From an uncultured Alphaproteobacteria bacterium (GTDB taxonomy: Bacteria > Pseudomonadota > Alphaproteobacteria > Sphingomonadales > Sphingomonadaceae), in the NCBI GenBank assembly GCA_963741605.1, contig CAVUII010000002.1, positions 732,662 through 796,661 of the forward strand: a stretch of DNA of 64,000 nt, read 5' to 3'. The notes beneath the pieces were generated by a model. The model saw nothing but the letters and a program-made list of their open reading frames with translations. It was not told the origin of the DNA and searched no databases. Made by a program: the position numbers and the translations under genes. Below are positions 1 to 9,040 of this stretch, one piece after another. Each line of letters starts with the position of its first letter. Positions within the stretch are counted from its first letter, which is position 1.

Positions 1-50
1 CATGCCCTTCGGCGGCTGGTACAATTCCCGTTGCATAACGCAACTCTCAA

Positions 51-68
51 GTTGACGTTTACGTAAAC
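51..68. promoter_or_regulatory. LiuR-type (MerR family) operator candidate
   Basis: 18-bp imperfect palindrome GTTGACGTTTACGTAAAC upstream of an acyl-CoA dehydrogenase pair; resembles the LiuR ACGT-NN-ACGT motif. Confidence 0.6.
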
Positions 69-137
69 TGGAACTAGAAATTGAGGAATGCTGCGAATCA
101 AACGTTCGTGGCCGGGTGAGATGAGGAGAGAGTCGCC

Positions 138-1331
138 ATGAACATGGAATTCACCGCCGATGAAATTGCATTCCAGCAGGAAGTGCGAAGCTTCATCGCC
201 GAAAATTATCCTGAAAATTTGCGAGGCAAACAGGATGAGGGCGACGATCTGGATAGAGACGATTATCTCAGTTGGCACCGCGTTCTGGCGAAAAAGGGCT
301 GGGCCGCACCGGCTTGGCCAACCGAATATGGCGGGCCCGGATGGACGCCGACACAGCGTTTTATCTTTTCCGAAGAAATCGCCCGCGCCGATTGCGTGCG
401 CATCCTGCCCTTTGGCGTCACTATGGTTGCTCCGGTCATCTATACATTCGGAACGGCGGAACAAAAGGCACGCTTCTTGCCGCGCATCTTGTCGGGTGAG
501 GATTGGTGGTGTCAGGGATATTCCGAACCCGGATCCGGTTCCGACCTTGCCTCGCTGCGCACCAAAGCTGTGCGCGACGGCGACCATTATATCGTCAACG
601 GGCAGAAAACCTGGACCACATTGGCGCAACATGCCGATTGGGGTTTCTTCCTCGTCCGCACCGATAACGATGCCAAACAACAGGAAGGCATCAGCTTTTT
701 GTTGATCGACATGAAATCGCCCGGTGTCACCGTACGCCCGATCATCACCTTGGGCGGCGAGCATGAAGTGAACGAAGTTTGGCTGGAGGATGTTCGCGTC
801 CCCGTCGAAAATCGCGTTTACGAGGAGAATAAGGGCTGGACTTGCGCCAAATTTTTGCTTGCGCATGAACGCACAGGGATCGCCGCGATTGCCGGATCAA
901 AGCGCGGCGTTGAAAAGATCAAGGCAATTGCCCGCACCGAAATGGATGGTGATCGTCCTTTGCTCGCCAATCCGTTCTTCCGCCGCAAAGTGGCTGAACT
1001 CGAAGTTGATCTGACCGCACTGGAATATACCGAACTGCGTACGCTGGCGGGCGAGGCCGCTGGCAAAGGTCCGGGTGCCGAGGCCAGCATGTTGAAGATC
1101 AAGGGCAGCGAAATCCAGCAGCGCATTACCGAACTCGCGCTGGAAGCGGTCGGCCATTACGGCGCACCTTATTTCCGGGGCTTTGGTGCAGGAGACAATG
1201 AACACCCCATTGGTCCTGATTATGCCCACCATGCAGCACCCGTTTATTTCAACGCCCGTAAAACCACCATTTACGGCGGATCGAACGAGATTCAGCGCAA
1301 CATCATCGCCAAGATGGTCTTGGGTATTTGA
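138..1331 (+). CDS. Acyl-CoA dehydrogenase (pimeloyl-CoA dehydrogenase large-subunit-like)
   Basis: WCQGYSEPGSGSDLASL, NGQKTWTT and IYGGSNEIQRNII motifs. Confidence 0.9.
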   Translation: MNMEFTADEIAFQQEVRSFIAENYPENLRGKQDEGDDLDRDDYLSWHRVLAKKGWAAPAWPTEYGGPGWTPTQRFIFSEEIARADCVRILPFGVTMVAPVIYTFGTAEQKARFLPRILSGEDWWCQGYSEPGSGSDLASLRTKAVRDGDHYIVNGQKTWTTLAQHADWGFFLVRTDNDAKQQEGISFLLIDMKSPGVTVRPIITLGGEHEVNEVWLEDVRVPVENRVYEENKGWTCAKFLLAHERTGIAAIAGSKRGVEKIKAIARTEMDGDRPLLANPFFRRKVAELEVDLTALEYTELRTLAGEAAGKGPGAEASMLKIKGSEIQQRITELALEAVGHYGAPYFRGFGAGDNEHPIGPDYAHHAAPVYFNARKTTIYGGSNEIQRNIIAKMVLGI

Positions 1332-1344
1332 GGGGATAACGACA

Positions 1345-2484
1345 ATGGACTTCACCTATACCGAAACCCAGCAAATGCTCCGCGACATGCTGTCGCGCTT
1401 TCTGGCGGATAATTATGATTTCGATGCGCGGCAAAAAATGCTGGCAATGGATGGCGGCCGTGATCCCGCGATCTGGAAAGCCTTGGCAGGCGAACTGGGC
1501 ATCCTTGGCGCTCCCTTTGCCGCGGCCCATGGCGGACTGGACGGCGGCGCGTTGGAAAACGCGATCATGATGGAAGAATTGGGCAAGGTCATGGCGATCG
1601 AGCCGTATTTGCAAGCCGTGGTCATCGGCGGCGGCGCGTTAAAGGCCGTGGGCGGTGCGCAGGCCGATGCACATATTCCTGCAATCATATCGGGCGAAAT
1701 GATCACCGCCTTTGCCTATGCCGAACCACAAGGCCGTTACAACCTTGCCGATTTGCGGACCATAGCGAAAAAGGATGGCGCGGGCTATATCTTGAACGGT
1801 CACAAGGCCGTTGTCATCGCCGCCCCTTGGGCCACACATTTGCTGGTAACGGCGCGCACCGGCGGCGGACAGCGCGAACGGAATGGCATTTCGCTGTTTT
1901 TGGTCGACGCCAAAACCCCCGGCATCGTCCGCCGCGATTACCCGACCGTCGATGGCTTTCAGGCATCCGAGGTCTATTTCGAAAATGTCAGCATCCCATC
2001 CGACGCCCGTTTGGGCGACGAAGGCGGTGCATTGCCTTTGATCGAACAGATCGTCGATGAAGCCACTGTTGCAGTCTGCGCCGAAGCCACCGGCGTTATG
2101 ACGAAGATGCATGAAGGCACGCTGGATTATGCCAAGCAACGCCAGCAGTTCGGCCAACCCATTTCGCGTTTTCAGGTGTTGCAACACCGGATGGTCGACA
2201 TGTTCATGGAAGTCGAGCAGTCCCGATCGATGGTGATCATGGCCACGCTAAAAATCGATGAGCCCGCCACTCAGCGCATGGCCGCTGTATCGCAGTGCAA
2301 AGCCAAGGTTTCGCGCAGCGCCAATTTCGTCGGGCAGAATGCCGTGCAAACCCATGGTGGTATCGGCATCACGCAAGAGCTGGCCATTGGCCATTATTTC
2401 AAGCGGGCGACGATGATCGAAAGTCAATTTGGTAGTGCGGATCATCATTTCGACCGCTTCGAAAAATTGAGCTACGACACATAG
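1345..2484 (+). CDS. Acyl-CoA dehydrogenase (small-subunit-like partner)
   Basis: MDFTYTETQQML start after GAGGGG; RQQFGQPISRFQVLQHR and QTHGGIG motifs. Confidence 0.88.
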   Translation: MDFTYTETQQMLRDMLSRFLADNYDFDARQKMLAMDGGRDPAIWKALAGELGILGAPFAAAHGGLDGGALENAIMMEELGKVMAIEPYLQAVVIGGGALKAVGGAQADAHIPAIISGEMITAFAYAEPQGRYNLADLRTIAKKDGAGYILNGHKAVVIAAPWATHLLVTARTGGGQRERNGISLFLVDAKTPGIVRRDYPTVDGFQASEVYFENVSIPSDARLGDEGGALPLIEQIVDEATVAVCAEATGVMTKMHEGTLDYAKQRQQFGQPISRFQVLQHRMVDMFMEVEQSRSMVIMATLKIDEPATQRMAAVSQCKAKVSRSANFVGQNAVQTHGGIGITQELAIGHYFKRATMIESQFGSADHHFDRFEKLSYDT

Positions 2485-2510
2485 TCTTGATTTTCCGTCA
2501 TTTTTATTTT

Positions 2511-2571
2511 TGTGCAGCGCACAATAAAAGGTTGACTATGTTGCAGTGCAGCAATATATTGCAGTGCAACA
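2511..2571. promoter_or_regulatory. PhaR/AniA-type TGC-rich operator cluster upstream of phasin
   Basis: Three TGCAG(C/T)GCA motifs: TGTGCAGCGCACA, TGTTGCAGTGCAGCA, ATTGCAGTGCAACA. Confidence 0.6.
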
Positions 2572-2589
2572 AAGGAAATGGTGTTCATC

Positions 2590-3141
2590 ATGGCAAGCAA
2601 ATCTGAAACAAGTGTATCCAAGGCTTCCGCTAAGGCTGCGCCCGTAAAGGCAGAAAAGCTGGTTACGAAAATCGTTTCCGTCAATGAACAACCTGAAACA
2701 CAAGGAACATCTAAAATGACCGAAGCAACAACGAAAGCCACCGAATTCTTCGCCGACATCCGCGAAAAGGCCGGTGAAGCTGCTGAAAAAGGCAAGAAAT
2801 TCGCAACCGACGCCACCGAGTTCAACAAAGCGAACATCGAAGCACTGGTCGAAGCTGGCAAGCTTGTCGCCAAGGGCGCGCAAGATCTGGGCAAGACCAA
2901 CCTGGAATATGCCAAAAAGAATTTCGAAGAAGTCCAAGCCGCAGTGAAAGAAGTCACGGCCGTAAAATCGCCTACCGATTTCGTAAAGCTTCAGGGCGAA
3001 TTCGCGCGCAAGGGTTTTGATATTGCAGTTGCACAGGGTTCGAAGAACACCGAAGCGATGGTTAAGCTGATGGGCGATATGTTCCAGCCGATCTCGAACC
3101 GCATTGCGGTTGCAACCGACTATTTCAAGAAAGCTGCATAA
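2590..3141 (+). CDS. phaP: Phasin family protein (start could be 2578, 2590 or 2716)
   Basis: Ala/Lys-rich helical protein with KANIEALVEAG and VKSPTDFVKLQGEFARK; adjacent to clpS. Confidence 0.8.
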   Translation: MASKSETSVSKASAKAAPVKAEKLVTKIVSVNEQPETQGTSKMTEATTKATEFFADIREKAGEAAEKGKKFATDATEFNKANIEALVEAGKLVAKGAQDLGKTNLEYAKKNFEEVQAAVKEVTAVKSPTDFVKLQGEFARKGFDIAVAQGSKNTEAMVKLMGDMFQPISNRIAVATDYFKKAA

Positions 3142-3278
3142 GCTTTCCTGATATTGCGTCGGCGCGTCAGCGCGCCTGCCCTCTCTCCTCCTCTCCTCCC
3201 TGATGGCAGGAAGGCCCGACGAGCCGGCGCAAATATGAAAGAACCGATCTTCCCAAAAGGAAGGTCGGTTTTTTCTTT
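3142..3278 (+). ncRNA. Candidate 3'UTR-derived sRNA with CU-rich anti-Shine-Dalgarno loop
   Basis: Stem (CC)TGCC/GGCA(GG) encloses CTCTCTCCTCCTCTCCTCCC, followed by an intrinsic terminator. Confidence 0.4.
3241..3278 (+). terminator. Rho-independent terminator
   Basis: AACCGATCTTCC-CAAAA-GGAAGGTCGGTT followed by TTTTCTTT. Confidence 0.8.
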
Positions 3279-3338
3279 GTGACCCTTAACCACGAACAGG
3301 GGTTGCAGAACGCCCTACCCTTATCCTATTTCGGGAAG

Positions 3339-3692
3339 ATGATGGCGTTTAACCCAATTTCGATTACGGCAGGTCCGGACCGCGACGATGATCGCACCCC
3401 CGGCGTTGGCCTTGCCACGCGCACGCGGCCCAAAACCAAAAAGCCCAGCCAATATAAAGTGTTGCTACTCAACGACGATTACACCCCGATGGAATTTGTC
3501 GTCCATGTGCTGAAAGCGTTTTTCCAGATGGATACCGAACAGGCCACGCGGGTGATGCTGCATGTCCACCAAAAAGGCGTCGGTGTGTGCGGTATCTTTA
3601 CGTATGAAGTGGCCGAAACCAAGGTAAACCAGGTGATGGACTTCGCCAAAAAGCACCAGCACCCGCTGCAATGCACGTTGGAAAAGGCTTGA
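3339..3692 (+). CDS. clpS: ATP-dependent Clp protease adaptor ClpS
   Basis: [17 protein letters not shown] and HPLQCTLEK motifs. Confidence 0.95.
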   Translation: MMAFNPISITAGPDRDDDRTPGVGLATRTRPKTKKPSQYKVLLLNDDYTPMEFVVHVLKAFFQMDTEQATRVMLHVHQKGVGVCGIFTYEVAETKVNQVMDFAKKHQHPLQCTLEKA

Positions 3693-4432
3693 ACGCTCCA
3701 TCGCAAAAAGGGGCCGCCCTGATCATAGGAGCCGGTGACGCGACCGGCGGGGCGATTGCCCGCGCCTTTGCAGCCGAAGGCTACACCGCTTGCGTCAACC
3801 GTCGTCCTCGCCATGCCGAAACGCTAGAGGCGTTGGCACAGTCGATCCGCGATGAAGGATTCCAAGCCCGCTCCTTTCCCGCCGATGCGCGCGATGAAGA
3901 AGCGATGGTGGGGCTGATCGACACCGTTGAACGTGAAGTCGGCCCTATCGACGTGGCAGTGTTCAATATTGGTGCCAATGTGCGCTTCAACGTCACCGAC
4001 ACAACTGCGCAAGTGTATCGCAAGGTTTGGGAAATGGCCGCCTTTGCCGGGTTCTTGATGGGTCGCGAAGTGGCCAAGCCTATGATCGTGCGACAGCGCG
4101 GTACAATTATCTTTACAGGGGCGACTGCATCCATTCGCGGCGGTGCAGGATTTTCCGCATTTTCCGGTGCAAAGGCGGCGCTGCGTATGCTTGCCCAATC
4201 GATGGCGCGCGAACTGGGTCCGCAAGGCATTCACGTTGCGCACAGCATTATCGACGGCGGCATCGACACCGAATTCATCCGCAGCATTCGCCCCGATTTT
4301 GAGGATGCAAAGGCCAAGGATCTGGTGCTTTCTCCCGATGCGATTGCTACGGCCTATGTTGCGCTTCACAACCAACATCGCAGCGCCTGGACGCATGAAC
4401 TGGATTTGCGGCCTTGGGGTGAGAGTTTTTGA
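3689..4432 (+). CDS. Short-chain dehydrogenase/reductase (probable TTG start)
   Basis: [44 protein letters not shown]. Confidence 0.88.
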   Translation: MNAPSQKGAALIIGAGDATGGAIARAFAAEGYTACVNRRPRHAETLEALAQSIRDEGFQARSFPADARDEEAMVGLIDTVEREVGPIDVAVFNIGANVRFNVTDTTAQVYRKVWEMAAFAGFLMGREVAKPMIVRQRGTIIFTGATASIRGGAGFSAFSGAKAALRMLAQSMARELGPQGIHVAHSIIDGGIDTEFIRSIRPDFEDAKAKDLVLSPDAIATAYVALHNQHRSAWTHELDLRPWGESF

Positions 4433-4442
4433 CCAAAAACGC

Positions 4443-4502
4443 CGTCGCCCCGTGCTTGACACGGGGCTTGGCTTTATTGCTGGCAGCACTGAAAAAGCCT
4501 AA
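4443..4502. repeat. Left part of a REP doublet (REPIN) split by IS30; contains the left 40-bp direct repeat (4463-4502)
   Basis: CGTCGCCCCGTG-CTTGA-CACGGGG hairpin; intact relative at 35579-35663. Confidence 0.8.
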
Positions 4503-5487
4503 CCCCGGGTGTGGATTCACATTCGAAGTGCAACGGTTGGATAAAGGCTTCTGCTGGAGTTTGGAAGCCGAGACATTTTCTTGGAGTATTATTGTAGTTA
4601 GCGATTATCGCGTTGAAGCGGGCTTTTGGCAGGTTTACGATGTCGGTTTTTCTGGGGAGTGCGCGTCGGAGGCGTCCAATGGCGTTTTCGACGCTTCCTT
4701 TTTGCCACGGCGCGTGTGGATCGCAGAAGTAGGTCTGGATGTTGAGCAGAGTAGAGAGCTGCTGGTGTCGGTAGAACTCGGTGCCGTTGTCGAAGGTGAC
4801 GGATTGGCGGAGGTTTGGCGCGAAGGGTTTGAGCATTTGGACGAGGCTTTGGGCGACGGGATCGGCCTTAAGGTTGGGTTGTGGGAGGGCGATGGTGAAG
4901 CGGGAATGGCGTTCGTGAGCGATCAGGATGGCGGGCCCTGGCTTTGAGAAGAGCATGCAGTCGGCTTCCCAATGGCCGGGCGTTTGGCGTTCAGCGATGT
5001 GTGCGGGGCGGTCGTGTATCGAACATTTTCCGTCGTTTCGGGGCCATCCACCTTTGGTGCGCCATCCGCGTTTGATTTTGGCGCGGGGTAGATAGAGCCG
5101 CCATTTGGTGTCGTTGGTGCGTTTGAGCTGGGTGTAGACGAAGCGGTAGATGGTCTCGTGACTGATGACCTTGTGGCCTTCTTCGCGAGCAAGGCGGCCA
5201 GCGATCTGCTCGGGCGACCAGCCTGCTGTCAGGCGTTTGAGGACAGTCTCGCGCAATGCGTCGTCGCGTTCGAGCTTGTTGCCGGTCCAGCGGCGGGCGG
5301 CAGTCAGCGCCTCGGCATAAGCTGGCTGGTAGCCGATCTTACGCCCGGTATTGCGCTTCAACTCCCGCGCGATGGTTGATGGCTGGCGATCCAAAGTTGC
5401 AGCGATTTGCCGGATCGATTGCCCGTCTTCATGAAGACGGGCAATCGAGCAGCGCTCTTCAAGCGAAAGTTGTGTGTATTTTGACAT
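4474..5487 (-). CDS. IS30-family transposase; reads through the element end and stops in target DNA
   Basis: N-terminal HTH (RQPSTIARELKRN); DDE motifs GHWEAD, TFDNGTEF, QKGSVEN. Confidence 0.95.
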   Translation of the reverse strand: MSKYTQLSLEERCSIARLHEDGQSIRQIAATLDRQPSTIARELKRNTGRKIGYQPAYAEALTAARRWTGNKLERDDALRETVLKRLTAGWSPEQIAGRLAREEGHKVISHETIYRFVYTQLKRTNDTKWRLYLPRAKIKRGWRTKGGWPRNDGKCSIHDRPAHIAERQTPGHWEADCMLFSKPGPAILIAHERHSRFTIALPQPNLKADPVAQSLVQMLKPFAPNLRQSVTFDNGTEFYRHQQLSTLLNIQTYFCDPHAPWQKGSVENAIGRLRRALPRKTDIVNLPKARFNAIIANYNNTPRKCLGFQTPAEAFIQPLHFECESTPGVRLFQCCQQ

Positions 5488-5531
5488 GGCACCACCTGTG
5501 TGAGGTGTTGCACTTCGTTTGTGAACTCAGG
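4503..5531 (-). mobile_element. IS30-family insertion sequence (left end uncertain within 4503-4512)
   Basis: Imperfect 23-bp inverted repeats at 4512-4534 and 5507-5529 (19/23, GAAGTGCAAC core); transposase inside; exact 40-bp flanking direct repeats. Confidence 0.9.
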
Positions 5532-5594
5532 GGGGCTTGGCTTTATTGCTGGCAGCACTGAAAAAGCCTAATCCGTGTCAAGCACGGGGTGACG
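5532..5594. repeat. Right 40-bp direct repeat (5532-5571) plus right REP arm
   Basis: GGGGCTTGGCTTTATTGCTGGCAGCACTGAAAAAGCCTAA is identical to 4463-4502; followed by GTGTCAAGCACGGGGTGACG. Confidence 0.85.
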
Positions 5595-5615
5595 AAATTA
5601 AGGGAAGCGTTTCTC

Positions 5616-6218
5616 ATGACCAAAAACCTAGAATTCCTGTTCGATTTCGGCGGACCTAACAGCTATCTCGCGCACAAAATGCTGCCCGATCTGGCCGCGC
5701 GAACCGGCGCGCAGATTACCTACACACCCATCCTGCTTGGCGGCCTGTTCAAACTCACTAACAACCAAGCGCCATTGATGCGTTACGCCGACACCCCGGC
5801 AAAGCGGAATTACGAGATGCTTGAGTTTGACCGCTTTGTGAAAGCGCAACAGTTGCCGTTCACAATGAACCCGCATTTCCCGATCAACTCGCTTTATTTG
5901 ATGCGCGGCGCGGTGGCGGCGCAACATCTGGGTTGCTTCATGCCCTATGTCGAGGCGATCATGGCCGCGATGTGGGAGGATGGAGCAAACACCGGCGACC
6001 TCGCGGTGGTAGCCGGTGTGCTAGACAAAGCGGGCCTAGACAGCGCCGCTATCCTGACCAAAGCCGAAGACGCGGAAGTCAAAGCCGAACTCGCCACCAA
6101 CACCGAAGCCGCCGCCGCGCGCGGAGCCTTTGGCGTTCCGACTTTCTTTGTAGGTGACGAGATGTTCTGGGGCAAGGAGCGGTTGGCGCAGGTTGAGGTA
6201 GCCTTGACCGAATCATAA
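5616..6218 (+). CDS. 2-hydroxychromene-2-carboxylate isomerase / DsbA-like (GST kappa) protein
   Basis: LEFLFDFGGPNSYLA and GAFGVPTFFV...FWGKERL. Confidence 0.88.
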   Translation: MTKNLEFLFDFGGPNSYLAHKMLPDLAARTGAQITYTPILLGGLFKLTNNQAPLMRYADTPAKRNYEMLEFDRFVKAQQLPFTMNPHFPINSLYLMRGAVAAQHLGCFMPYVEAIMAAMWEDGANTGDLAVVAGVLDKAGLDSAAILTKAEDAEVKAELATNTEAAAARGAFGVPTFFVGDEMFWGKERLAQVEVALTES

Positions 6219-6254
6219 TCTTGCACCGCAAACAATTCCCGCTAAAGCCCGAAT

Positions 6255-7538
6255 ATGGACAAAATCATCATTCGCGGCGGTAACCGCCTTAACGGCAAAA
6301 TTCCCATTTCCGGAGCCAAGAACAGTGCGTTGACGCTGCTGCCCTGTGCGCTGTTGACTGACGAGCCGTTGACGCTGCGTAATTTGCCGCGTTTGGCGGA
6401 TATTGACGGGTTCCAGCATTTGATGAACCAGTTCGGTATTTCCACCACCATCGCCGGAAGCCGTCCCGAAGATTTCGGGCGGGTGATGACGTTGGAGGCG
6501 ACGCGGATTACCTCGTCGGTCGCCCCCTATGAACTGGTGCGCAAAATGCGGGCATCGATTTTGGTGCTGGGACCGATGCTGGCGCGGATGGGCGAGGCGA
6601 CCGTTTCGCTGCCCGGCGGCTGTGCGATTGGCAACCGGCCTATCGATTTGCACTTGAAAGCGTTGGAAGCCATTGGTGCGGAGATTGAGCTGGCGTCGGG
6701 CTATGTAAAGGCGATTGCCCCCAAGGGCGGCTTGCCCGGTGGCAGCTATACCTTCCCCGTGGTGTCGGTCGGCGCGACCGAGAATGTCTTGATGGCCGCT
6801 GTCCTCGCCAAGGGTACCAGCGTGATCCACAATGCGGCGCGCGAACCCGAAATTGTCGATCTGTGCAATATGCTGGTCGCGATGGGCGCGGAGATTGAGG
6901 GCATTGGTTCCTCCGACCTGACCATCCACGGCAAAGACCGGCTGCACGGCGCAACCTATCGCGTGATGTCTGACCGGATTGAGGCGGGCAGCTATGCTTG
7001 CGCGGTTGCCACGACGGGCGGTGATGTTGAGCTGGTCGGCGCGAACGAACCGGAAATGCAGGCGACGGTCGATGCGTTGCGGTCCGCAGGCGTCACAGTT
7101 GAGGCCGTCAAAGGCGGCCTGCGTGTGGCATCGGACGGCAAGCTGCAACCGCTGACCATCTCTACATCACCCTATCCCGGTTTTGCCACCGATATGCAGG
7201 CGCAATTCATGGCGATGCTGTGTATGGCCGAAGGGGCCAGCGTGTTGACCGAAACCATCTTCGAAAACCGCTATATGCACGTGCCCGAACTCAACCGCAT
7301 GGGCGCGCATATCGAAACCAAAGGCCGCACCGCGATTGTCCACGGGGTAAAGGGCATGACCGGCGCACCGGTGATGGCAACCGATTTGCGCGCTTCGATG
7401 AGCCTGATTATTGCCGGACTGGTCGCCGATGGCCAAACCGAAGTCAGCCGCATCTATCACCTAGATCGCGGTTATGAGCGGCTGGAAGAAAAGCTGCAAT
7501 TGGTCGGTGCCGATGTGGAGCGTGTTGGGGCGGATTGA
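6255..7538 (+). CDS. murA: UDP-N-acetylglucosamine 1-carboxyvinyltransferase
   Basis: [31 protein letters not shown]. Confidence 0.98.
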   Translation: MDKIIIRGGNRLNGKIPISGAKNSALTLLPCALLTDEPLTLRNLPRLADIDGFQHLMNQFGISTTIAGSRPEDFGRVMTLEATRITSSVAPYELVRKMRASILVLGPMLARMGEATVSLPGGCAIGNRPIDLHLKALEAIGAEIELASGYVKAIAPKGGLPGGSYTFPVVSVGATENVLMAAVLAKGTSVIHNAAREPEIVDLCNMLVAMGAEIEGIGSSDLTIHGKDRLHGATYRVMSDRIEAGSYACAVATTGGDVELVGANEPEMQATVDALRSAGVTVEAVKGGLRVASDGKLQPLTISTSPYPGFATDMQAQFMAMLCMAEGASVLTETIFENRYMHVPELNRMGAHIETKGRTAIVHGVKGMTGAPVMATDLRASMSLIIAGLVADGQTEVSRIYHLDRGYERLEEKLQLVGADVERVGAD

Positions 7539-7563
7539 CAAAGTCAATAATTTTAGCTATCAA
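7535..7563 (+). promoter_or_regulatory. Candidate sigma70 promoter facing the small ORF 7675-7767 convergently
   Basis: TTGACA-17 nt-TATCAA overlapping the murA stop. Confidence 0.4.
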
Positions 7564-7674
7564 AGCGGCGCTAAAGGCAAGGATATCCTTGTTGATATGG
7601 CCCTCAATCGCGGTAACGGTTGGGGGCCAATTATTTGGAGAGGGCAAGCGGTAACCCGCCCCCTCCGCCTGCAT

Positions 7675-7767
7675 TTACTTGTCGCGTGATAGCTCAACAA
7701 TCTTGATTACAAGAGTTGCAAAGCCGATCATCACGCCAAGCAGAATACAGACTTCTGCTAAAGTCAC
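7675..7767 (-). CDS. 30-aa hydrophobic peptide MTLAEVCILLGVMIGFATLVIKIVELSRDK; candidate type I toxin
   Basis: AAGGAG 8 nt before GTG; one transmembrane-like segment and charged C-terminus; too short for the ORF track. Confidence 0.6.
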   Translation of the reverse strand: MTLAEVCILLGVMIGFATLVIKIVELSRDK

Positions 7768-7879
7768 GAATATTTCTCCTTATCGATATGCAGCTTTATT
7801 GCTGCATCAGTGGTTTAGGAGGGAATTATTTTGTATGTAAGAAAAATCTACAGGCACCAAAGTGAACCGTGGAATTTAA

Positions 7880-8125
7880 CTATGGGTTCTGCGCCACCAA
7901 CCACAACCTGATCGCCCCAGCCAACCCCGGCGGCGTCGCTGATTTAATCCGTTCAGCATCGATTTCGGCAACCAGATTGTTCACCGCTTGCCCGCGCGTA
8001 TCTGCGGCGCGTTTCAGCATGTCCCAGAACAATGGCTCCAGACTGATCGAAGTCTGGTGGCCATTGATTGTAACCGACCGTTTAACGGGAGGGTGGTAGG
8101 GTGTGGCTTTGCTCACGCGATCCAC
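7880..8125 (-). CDS. Ribbon-helix-helix domain protein (RHH_4-like)
   Basis: KRSVTINGHQTSISLEPLFWDML...LAGAIRLW. Confidence 0.85.
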   Translation of the reverse strand: MDRVSKATPYHPPVKRSVTINGHQTSISLEPLFWDMLKRAADTRGQAVNNLVAEIDAERIKSATPPGLAGAIRLWLVAQNP

Positions 8126-8139
8126 CTAACACCCCAATT

Positions 8140-8207
8140 CGTCATCCTGAACTTGTTTCAGGATAACGAGGGGCGGTGCGTTGTGCTGAAACAAGTTCAG
8201 CATGACG
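8140..8207. repeat. REP doublet (GTCATCCTGAACTTGTTTCAG family)
   Basis: 22-bp inverted arms 8140-8161 and 8186-8207, 21/22 complementary, between two minus-strand genes. Confidence 0.85.
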
Positions 8208-8232
8208 ATGGGTTGGAGAAAAGCGCGCCCCC

Positions 8233-8952
8233 TCAATACATATGCTGCCCGCCATTGATCGACAAAGTCGATCCGGTGATGAAGGCCGCATTGTCGCTGG
8301 TGAGGAATTCCACCCCGCGCGCAATTTCTTCGGGTTGCCCCAGCCGCCCGACCGGGATTTGCGCGACGATTTTTTCCATCACATTATCAGGAATCGTCGA
8401 GAGCATTTCAGTGGCGATATAGCCCGGCGCAATGGCATTGGCGGTAACGCCAAACTTCGCGCCTTCAGCGGCCAAAGATTTGGTAAAACCATGGATACCC
8501 GATTTGGCGGCGGCATAATTGACTTGCCCGATTTGCCCGCCCTGGCCGTTGACCGAGCCAACATTCACGATCCGCCCCCAGCGGCGTTCGCGCATGCCAG
8601 GATAGGTGGCCTTTGCCATGTTGAAACAGCCGGTTAAATCAACGCGGATGACTTCGTCCCATTGTTCAAAGCTCATTTTCACCATCGTCGCGTCGCGGGT
8701 GATCCCGGCATTGTTCACCATGATGTCGATCGGGCCGAATTCGGCTTCGATGGCCGCGCAACTATCCATGCATTGTTGATGATTACCAACATCCCATTTG
8801 CGAACGGCAATTCCGGTACGTTCGGAAAATTCCTTGGCCGCAGCATCATTGCCGCCATAATTTGCGACAACAAACCGTCCTTTTTCTTTAAGTTTCAGGC
8901 TGATCGCCTCACCAATACCGCGTGTGCCGCCAGTTACTACTGCTATCCGCAT
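8233..8952 (-). CDS. phbB: Acetoacetyl-CoA reductase
   Basis: VTGGTRGIG, NNAGITRD, GQVNYAAAKSGIHGFTK. Confidence 0.92.
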   Translation of the reverse strand: MRIAVVTGGTRGIGEAISLKLKEKGRFVVANYGGNDAAAKEFSERTGIAVRKWDVGNHQQCMDSCAAIEAEFGPIDIMVNNAGITRDATMVKMSFEQWDEVIRVDLTGCFNMAKATYPGMRERRWGRIVNVGSVNGQGGQIGQVNYAAAKSGIHGFTKSLAAEGAKFGVTANAIAPGYIATEMLSTIPDNVMEKIVAQIPVGRLGQPEEIARGVEFLTSDNAAFITGSTLSINGGQHMY

Positions 8953-9040
8953 CGCACTCTCTCCTTCTTATATTATTGAGAAGAACGATAACGGCGATTT
9001 TTCAAGGCAACAAGTTGACGCGTGCGTTAGGGGCAATTTT

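Noticed and set aside
4429-4947. 172-aa plus-strand ORF across the IS30 end
   Set aside because: Antisense to the transposase and spans the target junction
7831-7911. AGGAGG-preceded TTG ORF (26 aa) on the plus strand
   Set aside because: Runs into the RHH gene and is not protein-like; the AGGAGG is better explained as the complement of the toxin leader's anti-SD
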